NCBI GenBank assembly: GCA_000166095.1 | Contig: CP002278.1 | Location: 1,080,001 to 1,112,000, forward strand | Length of the DNA stretch: 32,000 nt | Origin: Methanothermus fervidus DSM 2088 | Lineage (GTDB): Archaea > Methanobacteriota > Methanobacteria > DSM-2088 > Methanothermaceae | Reading direction: 5' to 3' | Shown: positions 1 to 8,622 of the stretch, piece after piece | How positions within the stretch are numbered: position 1 is the first letter of the stretch | Layout of the letters: each line of letters opens with the position of its first letter | The notes under the pieces: model-generated | Databases searched by the model: none | What the model saw: the letters and a program-made list of their open reading frames with translations, nothing else | What the model was told of the DNA's origin: nothing | Translations under genes and position numbers: made by a program

Positions 1-181
1 CTACAAGATATAAATTCAAATTTCCTTTCCAGGCAACATAACCGCTAAAAGGCATTATAATTTCACTAGGTAGGGGAATACATGCGCTTTCAAGTACCAT
101 AGTGAAAAAAATGCCAATATATCCTGTTGATTCTATCAGCGAGATTATAAAGTTAGCGATTGTTTCAACAATGCCTGCCAT
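1..181 (-). CDS. DedA/VTT-domain membrane protein, N-terminal part (gene runs off the window)
   Basis: Not in the ORF track because it is truncated. Minus-strand translation from the ATG at 179-181 gives MAGIVETIANFIISLIESTGYIGIFFTMVLESACIPLPSEIIMPFSGYVAWKGNLNLYLV. This fits the DedA signature (LES..IPLPSE..MPF.G). A GGGGTGA SD-like motif lies just upstream. Confidence 0.6.
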   Translation of the reverse strand, partial: MAGIVETIANFIISLIESTGYIGIFFTMVLESACIPLPSEIIMPFSGYVAWKGNLNLYLV

Positions 182-198
182 TTCTTCACCCCAATTTT

Positions 199-596
199 TT
201 GAGCTACTCCTCATAGAAAAAACTTGCCCAAAAACTATCAGTTTTCTCTCAGACATGCGATGGGGATTGTCTCGTCCCCTTTTTAGGATCTGCATGCCGA
301 TATATAATCTCTTAACTTATTTTTTAATCCTTTTAATGCTCCCAGGTTTAACCTTCTCAACTACCTATCAGTTTTTTTCAGCTTGTAGAAGTCATCTTGT
401 ATGAAAAAAGTAGCATAAGGAAGTATATATAGTTTTTTCTAAGTGTTATTGCGTTGGAGAAAGAAAGAGTAAAGAAGAATTTGTGTATATTTTTTTAGAA
501 CAAGTTCTATTTTTGTACTTCATCTATATAAATACTTTTCTTATTTCTTAATCCCCGATAGAGTGGAAATCTGTTTTTTACAAAATCAATTTCAAT
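199..596 (-). mobile_element. MITE-like internal-deletion derivative (M1) of the tnpB element at 14463-15804
   Basis: The block starting TTGAGCTAC (199 onward) aligns with 14463-14700, including the last tnpB codons. Positions 395-596 align with 15600-15804 (tnpB start codon region plus the conserved upstream TATA-containing block, up to ..ACAAAATCAATTTCAAT). The tnpB body is absent. Confidence 0.75.
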
Positions 597-597
597 A

Positions 598-764
598 AGA
601 AGAGAGAGAGGTAAATTTCAAGTGTAATAGCTAGAGAGAATTGAGAGAGGTAGTTATAAGTTATAACTTATAAGTTATAAGTGAAATAGAGATAGACTTA
701 TTAAGTATGTTAAGACAAAACATTTTTATACTGTATCCTGCCTAAAAACAAAATAATCAGTTCG
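598..764 (+). promoter_or_regulatory. CRISPR leader / long-repeat-like element, copy A
   Basis: It directly abuts the first repeat at 765. It contains GTTATAAGTTATAACTTATAAGTTATAAG at 653-681. Positions 688-764 recur inverted at 2594-2667, and 598-717 recur inverted at 12008-12128. Confidence 0.65.
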
Positions 765-858
765 GTTTTAAAATAGACTAAATAGTATGGAAATACGAAA
801 TATTTACAACCATGTGCAAATGAAGCTGGTTTTAAGATAGACTAAATGGTATGGAAAT
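765..858 (+). CRISPR. Mini-array A: 2 repeats of 30 bp and 1 spacer of 34 bp
   Basis: Repeat 1 at 765-794 is GTTTTAAAATAGACTAAATAGTATGGAAAT. Repeat 2 at 829-858 is GTTTTAAGATAGACTAAATGGTATGGAAAT. The spacer at 795-828 is ACGAAATATTTACAACCATGTGCAAATGAAGCTG. Confidence 0.8.
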
Positions 859-1106
859 CGAAAAGAGGCTCAAGCAATAGAAATAGAAGTATACCATATT
901 TTTTCCTGTGTCCATTGTCTAAAAAAAGTCCTGAAAAGGAGCTTGTTGAATTAAAACAGAACGAAAATCCATAATATGTATTTGTATCAGAAAATAATAC
1001 ATGATCTACTGATACTGGTGCACTAACATTTTCTATTATAATAGAAGGTACAATAAAAGTTTCAATTCCAAATTCACGTCCATCAGAAACTCCTTTTCCA
1101 TTTAAT

Positions 1107-1832
1107 CTAATAAAAATAACATGCTCCATCATGGCTTTCATGGTAATAACCATTTTTTAGGCAATTTAACAAAATATTTGTGTTGTTATGTGTTGTATAT
1201 TCCTCATAAGGACATTTTTTGATTAAAAATGGAGAAATTGCATTTTTATAATAAGAAACATTTTTTAATCCTTTTTCAGATAAATATGCTGCCAAAGAAT
1301 CTCCATAATATATTTTAGATTTATCATGATGCAGATTTCCATATTTTCTTAGTTTTATAAAAGGTAACGGGTCTGGTAAACCTTCAATTGAAAATTCTTT
1401 TGTAATGGTCTCTTGATGTTTCACGTTTCCCTCTTCAACATCTAATGAAAAGTTTATATCAATTAAAAAAGGATCATTACTATTTGTTTTCAAATAATTT
1501 ATAATACAATTTGATTTAATACCTTTATTTTCATATTTTTTAGATATTTCGTTTATTTTTGATTCTATTATTTTTTTTGCGCTATCTGAACTATTTGTAT
1601 AGCTGACATTGTTATCAATGACATTATATGCCATATCTTCAATAACTTTCCTTGCAATTATTGGTACATTGTTTTTAATATCATCCACCGTATAAATAAC
1701 ATTTTTAGAGGATTTTTTGTTGAGAATTATTGAATTCTCCATATTTATAAACGAAAAAACAGCTGAAAGTAATAAAATTAAAGGTATTATTAGTAGAAAA
1801 GTCATATTACTTATTATATAACCTCTTTCCAA
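1107..1832 (-). CDS. Hypothetical protein with an archaeal class III (pilin-like) signal peptide; possibly continues into ORF 842..1153 across a frameshift
   Basis: The N-terminus MERGYIISNMTFLLIIPLILLLSAVF has a charged head, G, then a hydrophobic helix. I recognise no other domain. ORF 842..1153 begins right at a T6 run (1153-1158) and reads like real protein. Confidence 0.5.
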   Translation of the reverse strand: MERGYIISNMTFLLIIPLILLLSAVFSFINMENSIILNKKSSKNVIYTVDDIKNNVPIIARKVIEDMAYNVIDNNVSYTNSSDSAKKIIESKINEISKKYENKGIKSNCIINYLKTNSNDPFLIDINFSLDVEEGNVKHQETITKEFSIEGLPDPLPFIKLRKYGNLHHDKSKIYYGDSLAAYLSEKGLKNVSYYKNAISPFLIKKCPYEEYTTHNNTNILLNCLKNGYYHESHDGACYFY

Positions 1833-1923
1833 ATTTTCACCCCTTTTTTTAAATATTTTAAGTTTTGAAATAATTTTTTATGAAATTATAAATATTTAAA
1901 ATAAAGTAAATAAATTTATAGTT

Positions 1924-2514
1924 ATGAAAATAATTAAATTAGATCCCTATAATCCAAAAACAAAAGTTTTAAATAAAGTCAGGAGAATGTTAGCCGAAGG
2001 TAAAGTAATTATATATCCTACAGATACATTATATGGCCTTGGAGCTAATGCATTTGATGAAGATGCTATAAAAAAAGTTTATTCAATAAAAAAAAGATCT
2101 TTTGACAAACCTATTTCTATCTGTGTTCCAAACATGCGTTGGATTCGTAAAGTTGCTTATTTAAACGATAAACAAAAAGAAAAGATTTCTAAATTATTAC
2201 CAGGTCCATATACTATAATTTTAGAAAAAAAAGATATAATTCCGGATGTATTAACTGCTGGAAAGAAGAAAGTCGGAATAAGAATTCCAAAAAGTAAAAT
2301 TTCAATAGAATTAGCAAAAGAATTTCCAATTACAGCTACTAGTGCTAATATATCTGGTAGGGAAACACCGCCAACTGTTAAAGAAATAATTAAACAACTG
2401 AAAAATGTGGATTTAGCAATTGATGTAGGACCATTGCGTGGGGAACCATCTACGGTTATTGATTTTACAACTGATCCTCCAAAGATAATTAGGGGCTATT
2501 TCCATACTATTTAG
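1924..2514 (+). CDS. tsaC: L-threonylcarbamoyladenylate synthase, single-domain YrdC/TsaC type
   Basis: Motifs YPTDTLYGLGANAFDEDAIKKVYSIKKRSFDKPISI, TATSANISG and PSTVIDFT are typical of the YrdC/Sua5 family. The last codons and the stop (..GYFHTI*) lie inside CRISPR repeat 2498-2527. Confidence 0.85.
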   Translation: MKIIKLDPYNPKTKVLNKVRRMLAEGKVIIYPTDTLYGLGANAFDEDAIKKVYSIKKRSFDKPISICVPNMRWIRKVAYLNDKQKEKISKLLPGPYTIILEKKDIIPDVLTAGKKKVGIRIPKSKISIELAKEFPITATSANISGRETPPTVKEIIKQLKNVDLAIDVGPLRGEPSTVIDFTTDPPKIIRGYFHTI

Positions 2515-2593
2515 TCTATTTTAAAAGCAATCCATATGGAGTAGACTTTGGTTATCCACACCAATTTCCATACTACCTAGTCTATTTTAAAAC
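2498..2593 (-). CRISPR. Mini-array B: 2 repeats of 30 bp and 1 spacer of 36 bp, downstream of cas2
   Basis: On the minus strand, the repeat at 2564-2593 is GTTTTAAAATAGACTAGGTAGTATGGAAAT and the repeat at 2498-2527 is CTTTTAAAATAGACTAAATAGTATGGAAAT. The spacer at 2528-2563 reads TGGTGTGGATAACCAAAGTCTACTCCATATGGATTG on the minus strand. Confidence 0.8.
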
Positions 2594-2698
2594 CGAACTG
2601 ATTATTTTGTTTTTAGGCAGGATACAGTATAAAAATGTTTTGTCTTAACATGCTTATAAGTCTACCCTTAATAACGAGTTTCATTTATAAAGACTGAC
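2594..2698 (-). promoter_or_regulatory. Leader of mini-array B
   Basis: Positions 2594-2667 are a near-perfect inverted copy of 688-764. The segment lies between the cas2 stop and the first repeat. Confidence 0.6.
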
Positions 2699-2962
2699 TT
2701 AAAGTATAAAATCAATAGTGTTTTTTTCAATTCCAAGAACATATAAAGAAACATACTTTTTACTAGGAAATTTATAAATCATCACAGAGTCACGAGTTTC
2801 ATCTATTAAGTCCTTGAGACTTGTTTTTATCTCATTGAACTGTGCTTTACTCACTTCACCCTCAAATACAGAGTTTTGTCTCCAATGGAGATAACTTTTT
2901 AAAAATTTATGAACTCTGTTAACTCTTTTGACGTCAACATCATATACTATCAGTAAATACAT
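2699..2962 (-). CDS. cas2: CRISPR-associated endoribonuclease Cas2
   Basis: 87 aa. MYLLIVYDVDVKRVNRVHKFLKSYLHWRQNSVFEGEV is the canonical Cas2 N-terminal beta-strand/Asp motif. It is the last gene of the cas operon. Confidence 0.9.
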   Translation of the reverse strand: MYLLIVYDVDVKRVNRVHKFLKSYLHWRQNSVFEGEVSKAQFNEIKTSLKDLIDETRDSVMIYKFPSKKYVSLYVLGIEKNTIDFIL

Positions 2963-2973
2963 TTAATCACCTT

Positions 2974-3003
2974 ATTTCTATACTATTTGGTCTAATCTAA
3001 AAC
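2974..3003 (-). repeat. Solitary CRISPR repeat copy in the cas1-cas2 intergenic region
   Basis: The minus strand reads GTTTTAGATTAGACCAAATAGTATAGAAAT, matching the array consensus at 26 of 30 positions. Its orientation is the same as array B and the cas mRNA. No partner repeat lies at spacer distance. Confidence 0.7.
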
Positions 3004-3046
3004 GCTAAAGAAGATATATCTGTTCAATGTTTTGAATTTAAATTAA

Positions 3047-4026
3047 TTACCACCATGCCTTGAAACTTTCATATTTTTGATCACCTAAGACATGTTTTAT
3101 TAATTTATATGCCTCTAACCTCATCAGATATTTATATGATACTCTCCTTTTGAGTTTGGGGTGTTTTATAGTTGTATCGAGCTTAGCCTGATATTCTCTA
3201 AGGAAAATTTGTTTGCCTCTATCGTTGAGCATTACACCAAGGTCTCTATCAAAATCCTTCTCAGAAATCATGCCATTATTTACTATTTTAAATATTACTT
3301 GACTAACTATTAGAGGTTTGAAAATATCCGCTATATCTAGAGCAAGTGAAAATCTCTTTTCAGCAGGTTCATGCAAAAAGCTAATAGATGGATGAAGATA
3401 AGTATGATATATTTCAGATAGTGCAGATACATATAATAATGAATTACCAAAGGATAGTAATGCATTTAATTCAGTTGTCGGTGGTCTTATTTCTCGTTTA
3501 TCCATTTTAAATCTTTTAAGGATGCTGTTAAAGCTTTGATAATAATAATTCCACATCCGCCCTTCATTGCTCATTACTTGCGCAACATCTTCTTCTACAA
3601 CCTCTTTCCCTATTATATCAATATAGCTGTCAACAGCCTTCCCTCTTTTTTGTAGTACTTCAATGATTTGAGTAAATTATGTTTAATGCCAAGAACCATC
3701 TCCCTAGCAATTTCAGATCTCTTCTTGGGATCTAAATAATACTCTGACTGTTTTACTACGACAAGTCCTGAATTAAGCTGCACACGTGGGTACAAAGATC
3801 CCTCATAATAACCATACTTATTGAAAAAATTAACAAGTACTCCCTTCTTCATCAATATAGATAATGCTCCTGATTTAATTGAAACTTTACCATAACAGTT
3901 TATCTCATTTATACGATTTATTGGGAGAGGTTTCTTAATATCCTTATTGATGAAGTATAATGTACTTCCCTGGCGGGATAATATCCCATTGGAAGTTATA
4001 TATAATGGATCTTTCACCGAAATCAC
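3047..4026 (-). pseudogene. cas1: Cas1 integrase, split by one frameshift (ORFs 3613..4026 and 3047..3574)
   Basis: The two ORFs together cover a Cas1-length protein. The C-terminal half has IRPPTTELNALLSFGNSLLY and LALDIADIFKP. The reading frame continues across the T6 run at 3646-3651 (..LKYYKK / RGKAVDSYIDIIGKEVVEEDVAQVMSNEG..). Confidence 0.85.
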
Positions 4027-4030
4027 CTAG

Positions 4031-4518
4031 TTAAATCATGCAGAATTCATAATAACTACATTTGCGACAATAAGGTTTATAAATAGCTTCAGGAGGAGAT
4101 TCCATTCTAACGACCGTTTTTATGCCCTTCAAAATTTTTTCTATTTTCGATTCCACTTCAGACGTTAGGTAGAGTTCTTCCCTTTTCTTTTCAGCGGGAT
4201 ACACCACTATTCCTCTCGCGTTTTTACCCGTAAATTTCTTTATGTACCATAAGTAATAGTAAAGCTGATACCTGACGGGTTCTTCAAGACTACTTGACTT
4301 TTTTATTTCAAAAATCGTCAGATTTTCTTATTTATGAAATCTATTGAAATTTCACCGAAATTTATGCATTTCTTTTCTCTTGAGAAACTTTTTTCATGGA
4401 GAAGTCTTCCTATAAGTATGTCGTCGTTATCATAGTTCATGTTTATCTGGTTTGCGAAGAACCATAATTTCCGCTTACAAACCATATAGTACTGGACCAT
4501 GACCCCAGTTACTTTCAT
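4031..4518 (-). pseudogene. cas4: Cas4 (RecB-like nuclease with Fe-S cysteines), split by one frameshift
   Basis: The N-terminal ORF is 4318..4518 (YYMVCKRKLWF). The remainder is read by hand: ENLTIFEIKKSSSLEEPVRYQLYYYLWYI...YKPYCRKCSYYEFCMI*. The frame changes at the T4 run 4323-4326. Confidence 0.85.
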
Positions 4519-4533
4519 GGAACCACTTTGAAC

Positions 4534-6952
4534 CTATATAATGTTCCAACCTTCCTCTTCAACAATCTCAAAACCACATGCGTAACTATAATTAACTCCA
4601 TGGATAAGATAGAAATTTTTCATATCATCTACCTTGCCTTCGCGTAGCATCTTAAGAAATAGCCATTTGTATATTCCCACAGTATTTTCAAACTTATCAG
4701 GGTCTTTTTCATTGAAAGATACAGCTGGAACTACATTAACTTTTTCAAACTTCTCATCAGTGTCCCTAATTGATAGTAAACGTGAAATTTCTTCCATGTT
4801 GTCAGTCTTAAAGCGGATAGTGTAAGGTCCTCTTTTGATGATTTCATCATATTTATTATACCCTCTTTTAAGTTTTCTATTAAAAGAAAACTTAATTTCT
4901 TCTATTTCAAGAAGGGATTTGTAAAGATTGGAGACCATTTCACTCATTTCACCGAGGGATGGCTTTCCATCTTTTATTATATCCTTTGAACACTCTATTA
5001 ACTCTTTTTTGTAAGGATAAACCCATTTACCGTTCTTAGTTTCAGCTTCTATACAAGTTTCTATGTAAACTTCTCCTACTTTATAGGGATCTTTAGATCT
5101 ATTTATTCTACCTAATCTCTGCGTTATTGCGTCTATTGGTGCTATTTCAGTAAAGAGTACATCAAAGTCTATATCTAGGGAAATTTCCACGACCTGTGTC
5201 GCTACCACGACTAATCCTCTATCCTTCCATTTTTCTTTAACCTCGATTTCATTTTCTTTTTGTTTTCTATGCTCCTTTGTGAATTGTGAATGATAAAGAA
5301 TTAGATTAGAGTTCTTATCAAACGACTCGCTTGTTCTAAAATATCCAGACTTTTCCAAGGCCCTATAAACTTCTCTTGCCTTATTGACGGTGTTAACAAC
5401 GACGAGTACCTTCTTGTTATTATTAAATTCACTTATTATGTTGTCTATTTTATCAAGAATTGAAGAATTTTCGACTTTCAATGAAAATGGTCTGTACTCA
5501 AAAAGACTTTCTTCAGTTATCAAAGTATAATTTAGATCCTTTAAAAGAATATTCTTAAGATTTTTCAGGGAATGTTGCGCTCATTATTGCAAATTTACAA
5601 CCTCGATTATTAAGTTCTTCCAATATTCTTTTTAAGACACCCAACATTTGCCAATCATATGAATGAACTTCATCGACAATTAAAAGACAGTTTTCTATAT
5701 TCAATTGAGAAAGAGGCCACTTATAAACGTTGAAAAAACTCAAAAGAAATGAATCTAAGGTACAAACTGTTATAGGTTTTGAAAAGGTTTTGTTAATTAT
5801 CTTTTCCTTCCATATTTCTTCCTGATCGTCAGCATATTCTTCTGCAAGTATAATAGAAGACGATCCATGTAATATACCGACTTTATCCTTTCCAAAATAA
5901 TCCTTAAGACGTTTATACATTGAATTGCTGGTTACCTGTGTGGGCATGGTATATATTATCTTAGTGTGTTTATTTTTGACGTTGTTTAAAGCCCATAAAA
6001 GAGCTGCTTCTGTTTTACCTTCGCCTGTTGGTATCTTTATAAAGACGTTGTCTGAACTTTCAGAAGCTTCCTTTTGGAATCCTTTTAAACCATGAAATTC
6101 ATGGCCTCTTGAAATTACTCGGGATTTTATTTTATTTATAAGTTCATTCTTAGAAATGAATTCCATGTCAAGTTCATAAAATCCAGATGAAAACCAATCT
6201 GCTCTAATTAAGTTCCCTGTGATAAAAGCATAAATTTCTTTTATTTTTTTCTTTTTTGAAAGACTAGATTGATTGAGAATACTGTTTAGATTATCAATAA
6301 TACCTTTCTCCTGAGATCCCCATGAAAAAGTGCATCTTAATAAATCGTAAGGACTCTTTGACGGCAAATTAAACTTAAATTTATAAGGACATGACTTATT
6401 AAAAAATTCTTTATAATAATTTTTATATTGTTTAGCGAATTTCAATGTCTCTTTAAAAAATGTAGGAGGTTTTAAATCCCTAAACTTTTCACTTCCGTAA
6501 ATATCATCATGAAGAAGTGTATGGTGTGTGAGTATTGAAAGTGTAATATAATCAACATCGTCGATTTTTGGCATTTCAAGATTATAAGTAAAGTAAACAG
6601 AATATAATGGGTGATATGACTTCTGTTTCTTTAAAATTTTATCATTATAAAACTCAAGAGTCCCTTTTCCTATATCATGGAAAAACACTGCGAAAAATAA
6701 GACATCTAAAAGTAATTGTTTTTCAATGTTGTGCCTTTTTGCAAATGAATCAAAAGTTTGACTATTATCATTTATAAATTTTTCCAGTGACTCCAGAGCT
6801 TCTTTTGTATGCCCTTCAAGAGTGAATGACTTTTCATTATTGGTCTTTGCTATAAGATTTACTTCAAAAAAAGAGGGATCTATATTATATAATTCCTTAA
6901 ATTTGGTTTTATGATTACTGACAAATTCCTTTAAGTCCATCATTTGCATCAT
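4534..6952 (-). pseudogene. cas3: Cas3 (HD nuclease fused to a DEAD/DEAH helicase), split between the RecA lobes by one frameshift
   Basis: ORF 5555..6952 has HD motifs (FFHDIGK, LTHH), Walker A PTGEGKT, DEVH and MSAT. ORF 4534..5523 has the helicase C-lobe (VATQVVEISLDIDFD, RLGRINR). The frame stays open across the T5 run 5561-5565. Confidence 0.85.
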
Positions 6953-6998
6953 GAACCAACCTGAAATTTGATGGACTGCTCAGTATAAATTCATGGCA

Positions 6999-7720
6999 TC
7001 ATAAGAACTCTATGTTATAATGGTAGTCTTCGTCAAAGTAAAGATCCTTATTTCTGTTATATAATTTACATTGAAGACCTACAAACTCTACTATTTGGAC
7101 AAATTTAGTGGGTTTCCTAGGAATTACATTCTTATTAAAATTAAGATTGACTGAAATTATCCTAGGAGGGAATAAATTTGAATTGTCTGTTCTCAGAGGA
7201 CAATATCTAAACTCCATACCCTCTTCTAAGGTAAATACACTATGTACGATTGTGTCATTCTTTGGTTCCATGGTAATTTTTTTGGTTCTCTTATGATCAC
7301 CATCTCATCATCCATGCCAAGAGATGGAACTCTTGAAGGATACATCAAAAATTCCATCATCTTTTCCAAAAGATGGGAATCTTCTGCTGATACATAGATT
7401 AAATACTTACCTCTGTAAATTTTTTCGTGTTGGAGTATGTCTCTACCAGCTCCAGCAGACTTCCATTTTTTAAAAGTCCATGCATCATTGAATATAGAGT
7501 TTATATAAACAGGGATTATTCCAACCTGGACTTTATCAAGAAGTGCGTAATAGTCTCTCTCATTTTTACCCATGATATTTGTGAGCATGCCCACAACTTG
7601 CGTCTTTGTTGGAGCCAGGCATGTCAATTGGTAAATGGATGTCTGGGGCATCCTAAAAGAATTAATAAGGCCCTCAACAATGAATCTTACTGCCTCCATT
7701 TTAACACCAATCATACCCAA
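6999..7720 (-). pseudogene. cas5: Cas5 (type I-B), split by one frameshift
   Basis: The N-terminal ORF 7226..7720 (RFIVEGLINSFRMPQTSIYQLTCLAPTKTQVVGMLTNIMG) is Cas5-like. It continues into ORF 6999..7271 across the T7 run 7277-7283. Confidence 0.8.
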
Positions 7721-8621
7721 CCTTTTATATTGTCAAGGGCTTTGTTAACAGAAGTTACATTTTCTTTAAATTCAGATTTTATCTCCTCTTCATTACTGAA
7801 TATACCAGATCTTATGCCAATATAGTACTCAGCTATTATATCTTCAAATTCATCGATGACTTCCTTGATAGGACTGATGTCAATACCACCATCTTCATTT
7901 ACGTTGAGAGCATTGAGGAAAATAGGCGTGCCTGCTTTTTGCCTTGTAACAACTACAAACTTTGGTGTTAAATCATCAAGAAGCCTTGCTCTTTTTGCTC
8001 CTCCATCAATACTTTTAAGTGCATCTACCAGATACGCCACCCTCCTCTTTTTTCATCAGGGTCAATAACAGTATCAATCTCATAACTAAGTTCATCGACA
8101 GTGGATCCTATTGCATCCATATCTATTACAATTGTCCCCTTCATGAAGTTGAAGGTGTTTATTTCAACTTTAACAAAGTCTCCACCTTCCTGACCTTCTT
8201 TTTTTCTCGTTAAGAGATCATTGTATCCATTCCATGGGAATATACTTATAAGAGGAGAGACCTTTACTGGTGACCACCTTCTAAGAGCCATTGTGTTAGA
8301 ACCTTTAACAGCTTCCATGAAGCCAAATAAATCCAGATCAGGGTGATTCTTCAGTATTTCATTATACCTACTCTTATCTTTGCTTTTAGATTCTATTATA
8401 TACTCTCCATTCTTATCTACTTTTGTAAGTTTCATTCCAAGCTGATTCATTGTCTCTTTGAGGTAGTATCTTAGTGCTTGCCCAGAAACATAGGGGTAAT
8501 AGTTCCCCTTATTATCCTGAACTTTTTTTAAGATCACCATGTTTCCAGGATTTTCACTACTGTTGAGGTTATCTATGTTAACCTTAGTTATGTACCCTAT
8601 ATTTACAAATGTCCTATTCAT
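7711..8621 (-). pseudogene. cas7: Cas7 (Csh2/DevR-type backbone subunit), split by one frameshift
   Basis: The likely start is MNRTFVNIGY at 8621, preceded by GGAGGGG. It contains SGQALRYYLKE. It continues into ORF 7711..8040 across the T6 run 8048-8053. Confidence 0.8.
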
Positions 8622-8622
8622 T

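Noticed and set aside
102-404. 100-aa ORF on the plus strand
   Set aside because: It lies entirely within MITE-like element M1, antisense to tnpB remnants. The same DNA recurs as non-coding element ends elsewhere. The sequence is low-complexity and hydrophobic, as is typical of AT-rich antisense frames.
795-828. Self-targeting by the two spacers (795-828 and 2528-2563)
   Set aside because: I found no obvious match by eye within this window, but I cannot search exhaustively. This is left as a check rather than a claim.
2932-2961. Possible second degenerate repeat next to the solitary repeat, which would make a mini-array or CreA-like pair
   Set aside because: It matches only about half of the positions with a register shift, lies inside the cas2 5' coding region, and is only 12 nt from the solitary repeat instead of a spacer length away.
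4534-6952. Reading the split cas ORFs as genuinely separate genes (for example a Cas3'/Cas3'' arrangement, or a small-subunit ORF inside cas8b)
   Set aside because: The cas3 break falls between the two RecA lobes, not between HD and helicase. For all six genes the downstream frame is open right up to a homopolymer inside the upstream ORF, and the joined sequence reads as one protein.
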